In this document: positions 28,809 through 38,641 of the stretch, piece by piece
Numbering within the stretch: the stretch's first letter is position 1
How the letters are laid out: each line of letters opens with the position of its first letter
From: Meiothermus sp.
Lineage (GTDB): Bacteria; Deinococcota; Deinococci; Deinococcales; Thermaceae
Assembly (NCBI GenBank): GCA_033762915.1
Contig: JANRLD010000053.1
Location: 64,001-128,000, forward strand
Direction of reading: 5' to 3'
Length of the DNA stretch: 64,000 nt
Program-made: the position numbers and the translations under genes
Notes under the pieces: model-generated
Databases searched by the model: none
Seen by the model: the letters and a program-made list of their open reading frames with translations, nothing else
Told to the model about the DNA's origin: nothing

Positions 28809-30077
28809 ATGCACGCGCTATTGCAACACATCTTGCAGGGCGGGAGGCCCGAACTCGAGGAGTTCTTATGGCAGCTCGGCACGGCCTTCCCGCTGCTTTT
28901 GGAGCTGGAGAAGACGCCCCAAGACCCGGTCTGGCACGCCGAGGGGAACGTCCGGGTTCACACCTCGAGGGTCTTGCGCGAGGTGTACCGGGCGCTCGAT
29001 GACGAGGCCGAAGCGCTAACACCGGGGCAAAAGCTGGCCCTGGTGCTGGGCGCGGTCTTTCACGACATCGCCAAGCCGGTGACGACCAGGGAGCAGGTGT
29101 TCGACGGCACCGTGCGCATCATCGCGCCGCGCCACCCCGAGCAGGGGCGCAGCCACCTGGCCTACAGGCTGATGGGTCTGGGCCTGCCCCATCCGGTGGT
29201 TCTGGACGTGCTGGCGCTGGTGGGGCACCACCACGACCCCCGCAAGCTGGTCAAGAGCTCCGCCGCCGGGGGCAGGTACTGGCAGCTCAGCAGCCTCTGT
29301 AACCCGGCCCTACTCTACCCGCTGGCGCTGGCCGACATCCGGGGCCGGGACGCGGCGGACCACCGGGAACAGCTCGAGATTGTCGAACTCTACAGGCTGT
29401 TCGCCGAGGAGCATGGGGCCTGGACACCCGACCCGTACGCCGCGTGGCGGGAACCGCTCGAGGCCGAGCTGGGCCGGGGCGCCCTGGCCGACTTGGTAAC
29501 GGGCGAGGCCCGCGCGGACCACGCCGCCGGGCTGATCTCCACACCCGAGGAGGCGCTGGCCCGCTCCTACAGGTTCCGCCGGGGCTTCGGGGAGTTGGTG
29601 GTGATGTGCGGCCCCAGCGGATCGGGCAAGAGCACCTGGATCGCCAAGAACCTGCCCAACCACGCGACCGTCTCGCTGGACGAGTTGCGCGAGGAAATCG
29701 CGGGCAGGCGGGCCGACCAGAGCATGAACGGTCGGGTGCAGCAGGCCGCCCGAGAGCAGCTCAAGGCCCGCCTTAGAGAACACAAAAAGGTGGTCTGGGA
29801 CGCCACCAACCTGCGCCGCGACTTCCGCGCCCCGATCCTCGAGTTGGGCCGCCTCTACGGCGCGGCAACCACGCTAGTGGTCTTCCAGGCTCCGGAAGCC
29901 GAGTTCTTCGCGAACAACCGGACCCGCGCCCACGCCGTCCCTGAAAACGTGCTGGCCAGGCAGTTGGGGATGCTCGAGTTCCCCTACCTCAGCGAAGCCC
30001 ACCGAACTGTCTTCGTGGGGGCCAAGGGCCTCGAGCTTAATAAATTCGGCTTCAGCAGCTCCGAGGGGCCTGGGTGA
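28809..30077 (+). CDS. HD phosphoesterase / P-loop polynucleotide kinase fusion (HD-Pnk)
   Basis: HD part: WHAEG.V.VHT, FHDIAK, GHHH, ADIRGR. Kinase part: GPSGSGKST, SLDELR, WDATN. Confidence 0.85.
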   Translation: MHALLQHILQGGRPELEEFLWQLGTAFPLLLELEKTPQDPVWHAEGNVRVHTSRVLREVYRALDDEAEALTPGQKLALVLGAVFHDIAKPVTTREQVFDGTVRIIAPRHPEQGRSHLAYRLMGLGLPHPVVLDVLALVGHHHDPRKLVKSSAAGGRYWQLSSLCNPALLYPLALADIRGRDAADHREQLEIVELYRLFAEEHGAWTPDPYAAWREPLEAELGRGALADLVTGEARADHAAGLISTPEEALARSYRFRRGFGELVVMCGPSGSGKSTWIAKNLPNHATVSLDELREEIAGRRADQSMNGRVQQAAREQLKARLREHKKVVWDATNLRRDFRAPILELGRLYGAATTLVVFQAPEAEFFANNRTRAHAVPENVLARQLGMLEFPYLSEAHRTVFVGAKGLELNKFGFSSSEGPG

Positions 30078-30251
30078 TGGCCTTGAGGCCGTCCCGACCC
30101 CTCGGCCCCGCGGCCGCTGGGGGCATTGTGACCAATAAACCGAGGCGGCGGCCCGGGGGTGTTAGTCTAACAGCGTTTCCGCATCGCCCCCTGTCGTCCC
30201 ACGGGTGGGCCAAATCCCCCGAAACATTGCGCACAACCCAGGGACACCGCC

Positions 30252-33200
30252 ATGCCAAGACGCTCGGTGCAAAAGCTCAACCAACTGCTGCTGGGGGTGG
30301 CCGAGATTGCCCACCGCCTGACCTCCGGCGACGCCCTGGCGCAATTGCCGGAAGTGGTGCGGATCCTGGGCCAGGGCCTGGGAGTGGATCGGGTCTACCT
30401 GAACCAGTACCACCCCGGCGAGGGGGGGGAGGTGCGGGTCAGCCAGCGGGCCGAGTGGACCTCGGACAAGGTGGCCCCCCTGCAGCACAACCCCGCCATG
30501 CAGAACCGGCTGCCCTACGAGCCCTTCCGCCAGCGGCTGCTGGCCGGGGAGATCCTGATGCTCCACCGCCAGGACATACCCGCGCCCTTCCGCAGGCACC
30601 CCGCCCTGGCGGACATCGGGTCGTTCCTGGAGGTGCCGATCTTCGCCGGCGAGGCACTGTGGGGCTTCATCGGCTTTAACTCGGTGAGACGGCGGCGCAC
30701 CTGGGACGAGGCCGAAGTCAGTGTGCTGCGCACCGCCGCCGACAGCCTGGGCAAGGCCCTCTGGCGCGAGCAGGCCCAGCAGCAGTTGCGCCAGGAGCAG
30801 AACCGCAGCCGGGAGCTGCTCCTCCAGAGCCGCCGCAACAACGAGCGCCTGGAGCTGCTGCTCAAACTGGCCCGAACCCTCAAGAGCGACCTTGACCTGC
30901 CCGACCTCTACCGCCAGGTGGTCGAGACGGTGGCCCAGACCTTCGGCTACGAGCTGTTCTCGATCTACTTGTGGGAGGACGGCGAGCTGGTGATGCAGCA
31001 CCAGGTCGGCTACGAGTTCTGGCTCGAGCGCATCCCGGCGGGCGAGGGGGTGATGTACCAGTGCTTCACCCGAGGCCAGCCAATCTGGCTGGCGGATGCC
31101 CAGGACGACCCCCGCTTCATCGGGATGCAGCCCGACATCCGCTCGGAGATCGCGGTGCCGCTGCGGGCGGGGGGGCGGGTGGTCGGGGTGATCAACGCCG
31201 AGAGCATGACCGTCACCTACACCGAGCACGACCTCGAGTTCCTGGTGGCGGTGGCCGACCAGATCAGCGTGGCCCTCGAGCGCTCCAGCGCCTACAACGC
31301 CCTACGCGAGCAGGAGGCGCTGCACCGGCTGGTGCTGGACAACCAGTCGGAGTGCGTCAGCCTCTTCGACGGCGACACCCTGATCTACACCAACCCGGCC
31401 AGCCTGAGGGCGGTGGGGGCAGAGCACCTGGAGGAAGTGGTGGGCCGCTCGCTGGGCGGCGTCAGCGCCGGCGGGCGCACCCCGCTCGACCTCAGGAAGT
31501 ACGCCCAGGCCCTGCGCGAGGGCCGCAGCGTTACCCTGACCGAGGCCAGCTTCCGCAACCTACGCGGCGAGGCGGTGGAGATCGAGATTACCCTCTCCCC
31601 TGTCCAGATGGCCGGGCGACGGCTGACCCTAGCCACCTGGCGCGACATCCGCGAGCGCAAGCGGGCCGAGGCCGCCCTGCGCCAGAGCCAGGAGCGCTTC
31701 CGGGCGCTGGTCGAGACCTCGCCCGACGGCATCCTCGAGCTCGATCCAGACGGCCAGATCCTCTACGCCAACGCGGCCTTCGCCTGGCTGGTGGGGGCCT
31801 CCGGCCCCGCCGAGGTGCAGGGCCAGAACATCAGCCGCTTCCGCCCCGCCGACGTTCACGCCCCCGCCCAGCCCGCCCCGGAGGCCCACCACCCCTTCCA
31901 GGCAGCCTTCTCCGAACAGAAATACGCGAGGGTGGACGGGCAGAGGGTGGCGGTGGAGGTGGGCCGGGCGCAGATTCCCGGCCACAACCGCTCCATGCAG
32001 ATCGTGCGCGACATCAGCGCCCGGCAGGCCGCCGAGGCCGCTGTGCGCGAGAGCGAGAACCGCTTCCGCACAGTGGTGGAGGTCTCGCCCGACGGCGTGC
32101 TGCTGATCGAGCCGGAGTTCGGTCGCATCCTCTACGCCAACCCGGCCTACCTCCAGATGGTGCGGGCCGGGCAGGCCGAACAGGTGGTGGGCCAGCTCCT
32201 GTGGCGCTTCGTCCACCCCGACTACCAGAACCTGGTGGCCGGGCGGGTGATGCAGATTGCCCAGAACGGCGAGGCCCAGCCGCTGGTCGAGCAGCGCCAC
32301 CTGCGCCTCGACGGCAGCGTGCTCGAGGTCGAGGTGGCCAGCAGCGGCCTGCAGGTGGGCTCCATCGGGGCCATCCTGATCATCGTGCGCGACGTGGGGC
32401 AGCGCAAGCGGGCCGAGGACGCGCTCAAGGCCAGCGAGGCCCGCTTCAAGGCCCTGATCCAAAACAGCCTGGACATGACCCTGATCGTCGACCAGAAGGG
32501 CCTCATCACCTACGCCACCCCCAACGCGGTGCGCATTCCCCCCGAGGCCGTCGGGAAGATCAGCGCCTTCGACTTCCTGCCCGGCGAGGAACAGGAGCGG
32601 GCGCGGGGCATTCTGGCCGAGAGCCTACGCAAGCCCCGCGAGATCATCACCCTCGAGATCAACGCCACCCTGCCCGGCAACGAGCCCTCCTGGTACGACG
32701 TATGGGTGCAGAACCTGCTCGACGAGCCCGCCGTGGGGGGCATCGTGCTCAACCTGCGCGACATCTCCGAGCGCAAGGCCTACCAGTCGACCATCGAGTA
32801 CCTGGCCTACCACGACGCCATGACGGGGCTGCCCAACCGCCGGATGCTGCGCGAGCAGTCCGACCAGGTGCTGGCCCAGGCCAAGCGCAACGCCCACGAG
32901 GCCACCCTGGTCTACCTCGACCTCGACCGCTTTAAGGAGGTCAACGACACCCTGGGCCACGAGGCGGGCGACGCCCTGCTGGTGCAGGTGGCGCGGCGCA
33001 TCCAGGGCTGCATCCGCCAGGGCGACCTGCTGGCGCGGCTGGGCGGCGACGAGTTCGCCATCCTGCTGCACGACACCACCCCCACCGGCGCGGCCGACGC
33101 GGCCCAGCGGGTGCTGGCGGTGCTGGCCCAGCCGTTCACCATCGCCGACACCACCCTGCGCATCGGGGCCAGCCTGGGGCTGGGGGTCTTCCCCCGCGAC

Positions 33201-34058
33201 GGCCTGGGCCTCGACGAGCTGATGCGGGCTGCCGACGTGGCCATGTACCAGGCCAAGGAGAAGAGCGTCGGCTTCGCCTTCTACAGCCCCGAACTCGACC
33301 GCTACAGCCGCGAGCGCCTCGAGCTGCTGCACGACCTGCGCGAGGCCCTCGAGGAGGGCCAGTTCGTGCTGGAATACCAGCCCATCCTCGACACCCACAC
33401 CGGCCAGTACATCAAGGCCGAAGCCCTGGTGCGCTGGCAGCACCCGCTGCGCGGCAGGCTCTCCCCTGCCGTCTTCATCCCCCTGGCCGAGGAGACCGGC
33501 CTGATCCGCGCCCTCGACCGCTGGGTACTCGGGCGGGCCTGCCTCGAGGCCAGCCAGCTCGGCTTGCCGGTGGCCGCCAACGTCTCGGCCCTGACCCTCT
33601 ACGACCCCGGCTTCGTGGAGATGGTACGCGACGCACTCGAGGGCGGCAACCTGAGAGCCCAGGAGCTGCACCTCGAGCTGACCGAGACCGCCCTGATCCA
33701 GGACTTGCCCCGGGCCATCCGCCACCTCACCGCGCTGCGCGAGCTGGGGGTCAAGATCGCCCTCGACGACTTCGGGGTAGGCAACTCCTCGATGGGCTAC
33801 CTCAAGCAGCTCCCGGTGGATGTGCTCAAGATCGACCGCTCCTTCGTCTGGGGCATCGGCAAGGACGCCAGGGAGGAGGCCATCCTGCGCACCATCCTGG
33901 CCCTGGGCGAGGGCCTGGGCATCCACACCGTGGCCGAAGGGGTCGAGACGGCCGAACAGATCGACTGGCTCTCACAGAAGGGCTGCCACCTGCTCCAGGG
34001 CTACGCGATTGCCCGCCCCCAGCCCAAAGAGAAGCTGCGCAAACCGATCGAGGCCTAA
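30252..34058 (+). CDS. GAF-GAF-PAS(x4)-GGDEF-EAL protein
   Basis: RLGGDEF, AEALVRW, DDFGVGNSS and LKIDRSF. Confidence 0.93.
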   Translation: MPRRSVQKLNQLLLGVAEIAHRLTSGDALAQLPEVVRILGQGLGVDRVYLNQYHPGEGGEVRVSQRAEWTSDKVAPLQHNPAMQNRLPYEPFRQRLLAGEILMLHRQDIPAPFRRHPALADIGSFLEVPIFAGEALWGFIGFNSVRRRRTWDEAEVSVLRTAADSLGKALWREQAQQQLRQEQNRSRELLLQSRRNNERLELLLKLARTLKSDLDLPDLYRQVVETVAQTFGYELFSIYLWEDGELVMQHQVGYEFWLERIPAGEGVMYQCFTRGQPIWLADAQDDPRFIGMQPDIRSEIAVPLRAGGRVVGVINAESMTVTYTEHDLEFLVAVADQISVALERSSAYNALREQEALHRLVLDNQSECVSLFDGDTLIYTNPASLRAVGAEHLEEVVGRSLGGVSAGGRTPLDLRKYAQALREGRSVTLTEASFRNLRGEAVEIEITLSPVQMAGRRLTLATWRDIRERKRAEAALRQSQERFRALVETSPDGILELDPDGQILYANAAFAWLVGASGPAEVQGQNISRFRPADVHAPAQPAPEAHHPFQAAFSEQKYARVDGQRVAVEVGRAQIPGHNRSMQIVRDISARQAAEAAVRESENRFRTVVEVSPDGVLLIEPEFGRILYANPAYLQMVRAGQAEQVVGQLLWRFVHPDYQNLVAGRVMQIAQNGEAQPLVEQRHLRLDGSVLEVEVASSGLQVGSIGAILIIVRDVGQRKRAEDALKASEARFKALIQNSLDMTLIVDQKGLITYATPNAVRIPPEAVGKISAFDFLPGEEQERARGILAESLRKPREIITLEINATLPGNEPSWYDVWVQNLLDEPAVGGIVLNLRDISERKAYQSTIEYLAYHDAMTGLPNRRMLREQSDQVLAQAKRNAHEATLVYLDLDRFKEVNDTLGHEAGDALLVQVARRIQGCIRQGDLLARLGGDEFAILLHDTTPTGAADAAQRVLAVLAQPFTIADTTLRIGASLGLGVFPRDGLGLDELMRAADVAMYQAKEKSVGFAFYSPELDRYSRERLELLHDLREALEEGQFVLEYQPILDTHTGQYIKAEALVRWQHPLRGRLSPAVFIPLAEETGLIRALDRWVLGRACLEASQLGLPVAANVSALTLYDPGFVEMVRDALEGGNLRAQELHLELTETALIQDLPRAIRHLTALRELGVKIALDDFGVGNSSMGYLKQLPVDVLKIDRSFVWGIGKDAREEAILRTILALGEGLGIHTVAEGVETAEQIDWLSQKGCHLLQGYAIARPQPKEKLRKPIEA

Positions 34059-34178
34059 ACGCGGCCCGAACGCGGGGGCTGTCTTCGTGGCCAGACGGTT
34101 TCCGCCTACCCCTGCCTCCCGCCCCCATTTGAGCGTTGGGCGTTAGTCGTCCGGCCCTCCGCGCGGTATCGTGTTGCC

Positions 34179-35213
34179 ATGGTCGAGCGGATCTATCTTG
34201 CCAAGCCCAGAGGCTTCTGCGCGGGCGTGGTGATGGCCATCGAGGCGGTCGAGAAAGCCGCCCAGGCCTATAAGGACGAGGGCGAGCTGGTGGTGTATCA
34301 CGCCATCGTCCACAACGACGTGGTGACCAAGCGGCTCCAACAGCAGCACGGGGTTCATTTTGTGGAAGACCTGGCCGAGGTCGAGGTGTTGCGCGAGGAG
34401 CGGGCCAAGGCGGGCAAGAAGCTCGGCGAGACGGTGGTCTTCTCGGCCCACGGGATACCGCCCTGGCTGCGCTCCGAGGCGGCCGGGCGCGGCCTGAGCC
34501 AGATCGACGCGACCTGCCCGCTGGTCACCAAGGTTCACTCCGAGGCCAAGAAGTACGCCAAGGAGGGCTACACCATCCTGCTAATTGGCGACAGCAGCCA
34601 GCACCAGGAGATCAAGGGCACGCGGGGCGAGGCCCCCCATGAGACCATCCTGGTGGCCGTCCACACCCACGTCGGGCGCGACCCCCTCATGCACGACCCC
34701 CACACCGTGGAGGTGCCCGACCCCGAAAAGCTGGTGGTGCTCACCCAGACCACCCTCTCGGTCGACGACACCATGGCCACCATTGAGATCCTAAAGCGCC
34801 GCTTCCCCAGCCTGCACGTTCCGGGCCGCGACGACCTCTGCTACGCCACCAAAAACCGCCAGGACGCGGTGAAGCAGATCGCCCCTAAGGTTGACCTCTT
34901 CCTGGTGCTAACCAGCCTGACCAGCTCCAACGGGATGCGCCTCTTGGAGCTGGCCCAAAACCTCATGGGCAGGGCCGAGCGCCTCAACACGGTGGACGAG
35001 ATTCAGGAGGGCTGGCTCGAGGGGGTAAAGAGCATCGGCATCACCTCAGCGGCCTCCACCCCCGACGACCTGGTGCAGGCGGTGGTGGCCCACTTCCGCA
35101 GCCGGAACCCAGGCCTCGAGGTGATCGAGGACGGCGAATGGGAAGACATCGAGTTCCGCGAGCCCAAGCGGGTTTCGCCCCAGGAGTTCAGGGCCAAAAC
35201 CGCCCCAGCCTAG
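34179..35213 (+). CDS. ispH: 4-hydroxy-3-methylbut-2-enyl diphosphate reductase
   Basis: [41 protein letters not shown] and ASTP. Confidence 0.97.
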   Translation: MVERIYLAKPRGFCAGVVMAIEAVEKAAQAYKDEGELVVYHAIVHNDVVTKRLQQQHGVHFVEDLAEVEVLREERAKAGKKLGETVVFSAHGIPPWLRSEAAGRGLSQIDATCPLVTKVHSEAKKYAKEGYTILLIGDSSQHQEIKGTRGEAPHETILVAVHTHVGRDPLMHDPHTVEVPDPEKLVVLTQTTLSVDDTMATIEILKRRFPSLHVPGRDDLCYATKNRQDAVKQIAPKVDLFLVLTSLTSSNGMRLLELAQNLMGRAERLNTVDEIQEGWLEGVKSIGITSAASTPDDLVQAVVAHFRSRNPGLEVIEDGEWEDIEFREPKRVSPQEFRAKTAPA

Positions 35214-35255
35214 CCACCCGCCAGGCCCCGTAAAACGCAAAAGGGCACACCTCAG

Positions 35256-35918
35256 CTACTTCATCACCTCCACCTCGAGCTTCACGTTCCCCCGCTTGGT
35301 CTGGCCCAACACCTTTTTCACCACCAGGCTGCCCAGGCCCTCGGCCAGCAGGGCATCGCCCTCGGCGATCTCGTCCTTGGCGGTGGCGGTCTTGCCCTTG
35401 AGCTTGACCTTGCCCGCCTTGACCCCTTGGGCGAAGTAGTTGCGCGAGACCCCGAAGCCCTTGGCCCCCACCACGTCCACCCGCAAACTGGGCACCACCA
35501 CGCTGCGGGTGCGCTCGCGGGTTTTGGGGAGTTCGTCCGGGGTGGCCTCGTGGAACTCGAGCCCCGAGCCCTCCAGCAGCTTCAGCCCCTTGGGCAGCGT
35601 GGCCAGCAGAAAGCCGCCCCGGGTCTCCTCGAGGTCGCCCATCAGGCCCGGCTCCATCACCCCCCGCAGCCTGTCCTCGAGGTTCTCAATCTCGCCCTCG
35701 AAGCCGATGAACACCACCTTGGTGGGGTCGGAGACGGCGGGGATGTTGTCAGGGAACAGCACCACCACCTGCCGCTCGGCCATCGGCAGCCCGCCGAAGG
35801 TCTCGAGCTGAACCCCCTCGAGCCTGGCGTCGCGCCGGATTTCGTCTATGGTATCGGCCTCGAGGAACTGGGTCTGAACAACCCGCCCGCCTCGAGCTTT
35901 TTTCACATAATCGTGCAT
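35256..35918 (-). CDS. S4-domain RNA-binding protein (YlmH/Sll1252-like)
   Basis: TQFL, FGG...AER, SLRVDVVGAKGFGVSR and TKRG; start chosen at MHDYVKK. Confidence 0.8.
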   Translation of the reverse strand: MHDYVKKARGGRVVQTQFLEADTIDEIRRDARLEGVQLETFGGLPMAERQVVVLFPDNIPAVSDPTKVVFIGFEGEIENLEDRLRGVMEPGLMGDLEETRGGFLLATLPKGLKLLEGSGLEFHEATPDELPKTRERTRSVVVPSLRVDVVGAKGFGVSRNYFAQGVKAGKVKLKGKTATAKDEIAEGDALLAEGLGSLVVKKVLGQTKRGNVKLEVEVMK

Positions 35919-36223
35919 AAGCTCTATCCTGAACGGTTTGGGGACTCGAGTCAAACGGAGCCGGGTAGGGCTGTGCCCACCGCACTACCCTGGATCAACT
36001 CGAGCCGTGCCCAACTACCGCCGCTCGAGGGTTTTTGAAAGGGGGGCTCGAGTTCCCAGGAATCCGGCTCGGCGAGTGGGAGTGACGGTGGGCACGGCCC
36101 ACGCTGGATCTGGACGACCCGCCCGCCTCGAGCTTTTTTCACAGAATCGTGCATAGTTGTGTCTTTTCAAGTACTTGTAGAGAGCTCTCATGCGCCATGT
36201 TTCGAGGTTGTCCAGACCCAAAT

Positions 36224-36952
36224 CTACTTTCTCAACATCGTCTTAACCTCTTCAATGGTGAATACTGGATCGCCCATATGCAAGACTGCGTGACAGTTAG
36301 GGCATACAGGCTTCAAGTCTCTTACTGGATCAACTTCGTATTCCTGATTTTTTTCCGATATTTGATTTTCGTGATGTACATGTATAAATCCATCGGCTAC
36401 GTCACCATAGACCTCGAGGAAATCGAAGCCACATATACAGCAAGCCCAGCCATAGTGTTCAATGCAAGCAATACGAGCCTTTTTGCTACGTCGATATTCG
36501 GTAATCTGTACCTTTCTAGGGTCTCCTTCACGAAAGCTTCGACGTGTTTTTGGCAGTATAGTTCTCTCCTTTACCAGCTTATTTGGTGCCTCAACAATCC
36601 CAAGCAAGACCAACACAATACCGACTTGCGGGCGCAGCACCCATTTTCCCGTACTAGGTTTGTCTTGTTTGACCAGTGACTCCAGAGGGCGCAACAGGCT
36701 CCAGTTGAGCTGTCTTGCCACCTTCTCTCCCAGCTTTCTATAGAAGATACTTGCAGCCTTTTCACTTTCAAACCCCATCAAATTGGACAGGTCTTTTGAC
36801 GTTAAGGTTTGCTTGGATGAACGAAAGTGCAATCGCAATATTTCCCGTTCAAATTCAGTAAGCTCAACTGACAGAAAGGCTAGAAAGTAGCTTTCAACAT
36901 CTGGGCCACGGGGTGCCAAATCAACTGAATTATGTGCTGGTTTTTCTACCAT
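36224..36952 (-). CDS. HNH endonuclease, McrA-like
   Basis: CCICGFDF..YG....FIHVHH and D.KPVCPNCH..LH; markedly low GC. Confidence 0.85.
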   Translation of the reverse strand: MVEKPAHNSVDLAPRGPDVESYFLAFLSVELTEFEREILRLHFRSSKQTLTSKDLSNLMGFESEKAASIFYRKLGEKVARQLNWSLLRPLESLVKQDKPSTGKWVLRPQVGIVLVLLGIVEAPNKLVKERTILPKTRRSFREGDPRKVQITEYRRSKKARIACIEHYGWACCICGFDFLEVYGDVADGFIHVHHENQISEKNQEYEVDPVRDLKPVCPNCHAVLHMGDPVFTIEEVKTMLRK

Positions 36953-37010
36953 GACAGGTAAACTCTAAAAGAATCAGAGGTAAAGACAGCCAACCCTACC
37001 TAGCTCTGTC

Positions 37011-38363
37011 TCATCCGTTCAGTGCAGCGTTCAACGTATCTCCCAGCGCGTTCACCAGCTCGTCCACCTCGGCAGCGGTGATGACCAAGGGCGGGGCCAT
37101 CGCAAAGCCGGTGTCGTTGCAGCGGACGATCACACCGTTCTTGCGGCTCAGGCTCATCAGCTTGCCGCCCACCCCGGCACTCGCGTCGAAGGTTTTCTTG
37201 CTGGCTTTATCCTCGACTACTTCCACCAGCGCCATCAGCCCCTTGCCGCGCACGTTGCCCACGTTGGGGTGGGACTCGAGCTGCCGCAGGCCTGCCAGCA
37301 GTTGTGCCCCCCGCTCGGCGGCGTTTTTCCACAGCTCCTCGCGCTCGATAATCGCGATGTTCGCCAGCCCCACCGCGCAGGCCACCGGGTGGCCGGAGTA
37401 GGTGAAGCCATGCATGAACAGGCGGTCAGGGGCCGAGACGGCGGCGTAAATCTCTGGCGTCACCCCCACCCCGCCCAGCGGCACGTAGCCCGAGGTGATG
37501 CCCTTGGCGAAGCTGGTGATGTCGGCCTGGAAGCCGTAGGTGGTCTGGGCGAACATCTCCCCGGTGCGCCCGAAGCCGGTGATGACCTCGTCGGCGATCA
37601 GCAGGATGTCGTGCTTTTTCAGGATGGGCGCGATGGCCTTCCAGTAGCCCTCGGGCGGCGGAACCACCCCGCCCGCCCCCTGCACCGGCTCGCCGATGAA
37701 GGCCGCGATGGTGTCGGCCCCCTCGCGCGCGATGGTGTCCTCGAGCTCCTTGGCCAGCATCGCCACGAAGTCGGCCTCGCTCAGGCCGGGGTTGTTGCGG
37801 TACTCGAGGGGCGCACTCAGGTAGAGGAAGCCCTCGGTCAGCGGCCCGAAGTCGGCGTGGTAGGCCGGAATCCCAGTGGCGGCCAGCGCACCCATGGCAA
37901 TGCCGTGATAGGCCATCTTGCGGCTGAGGATTTTGACCTTGCTCTTGCGGCCCTGCATGGCCCAGTAGTAGCGGGCGACCTTGAGGGCGGTCTCGTTGGA
38001 CTCAGCCCCGCCGGAGGTGAACTGGAAGTGCGAGTGGTGGGGTAGCAGCTCGGCCATCTTGGCGGCGAGTTCGATCACCGGTGGGGTGGCGAGGCCGAAG
38101 AAGGTGGGCTGGAAGGCCAGCCGGGCCATCTGCTCCTCGGCCACCTTGGCCAGCTCGGCTCGCCCGTGTCCGACGTTCACGTTCCACAGCCCCGCGAAGC
38201 CGTCTATGTACCACTTGCCGCCCGTGTCCCGCACCTTGGAGCCCTTGCCCTCGGTGAGGATCAGCGGGGCCGACCTGTGCAGCCGGTGCAGGTTGGTGAC
38301 CGGGTGAAAATGGTGCGCCAAATCCAGCGCAGCCAGTTGTTCGGTGTCATACTCGGCGATCAT
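37011..38363 (-). CDS. Class III PLP aminotransferase
   Basis: DGFAGLWNVNVGHG, SGGAESNE, YHG, EPVQGAGG, DEVITGFGRTG, AKGITSG and HGFTYSGHP. Confidence 0.93.
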   Translation of the reverse strand: MIAEYDTEQLAALDLAHHFHPVTNLHRLHRSAPLILTEGKGSKVRDTGGKWYIDGFAGLWNVNVGHGRAELAKVAEEQMARLAFQPTFFGLATPPVIELAAKMAELLPHHSHFQFTSGGAESNETALKVARYYWAMQGRKSKVKILSRKMAYHGIAMGALAATGIPAYHADFGPLTEGFLYLSAPLEYRNNPGLSEADFVAMLAKELEDTIAREGADTIAAFIGEPVQGAGGVVPPPEGYWKAIAPILKKHDILLIADEVITGFGRTGEMFAQTTYGFQADITSFAKGITSGYVPLGGVGVTPEIYAAVSAPDRLFMHGFTYSGHPVACAVGLANIAIIEREELWKNAAERGAQLLAGLRQLESHPNVGNVRGKGLMALVEVVEDKASKKTFDASAGVGGKLMSLSRKNGVIVRCNDTGFAMAPPLVITAAEVDELVNALGDTLNAALNG

Positions 38364-38460
38364 GGTAGTCAATATTACGCCAAGATACAGTTTTGGTGGT
38401 ATCTTACGGGGCTGCACTTTAATCGCAGGTTGAAGGTTGAAGGACAAAGACCAAGTCAAG

Positions 38461-38569
38461 GGCGATCCCCCAACCCCGGCACAGCCCTCCTCCGCTTCGC
38501 TCCGCCCCTTGACTTATCACCACCGGGTTGACGCGCCTTACAGGGTAAACACACTGGCCCAAAGGGGGC
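38461..38569 (-). repeat. Intergenic repeat, family B
   Basis: GGCGATCCCCCAACCCCGGCACAGCCCTCCTCCGC...GGCCCAAAGGGGGC; shares ends with 22798-22874 and a core with 46498-46525. Confidence 0.6.
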
Positions 38570-38641
38570 TCCTTCGGCTTTACTTTTTTGATTTTTCTTT
38601 TCTGCTCCTCCGCCTCTGCGCTCCTCACACATCTCTGCACT

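Noticed and set aside
35951..36154. 67-aa ORF as an independent gene
   Set aside because: Only the first 17 codons resemble the S4 gene start; the rest is palindromic insert. Treated as a duplication scar.
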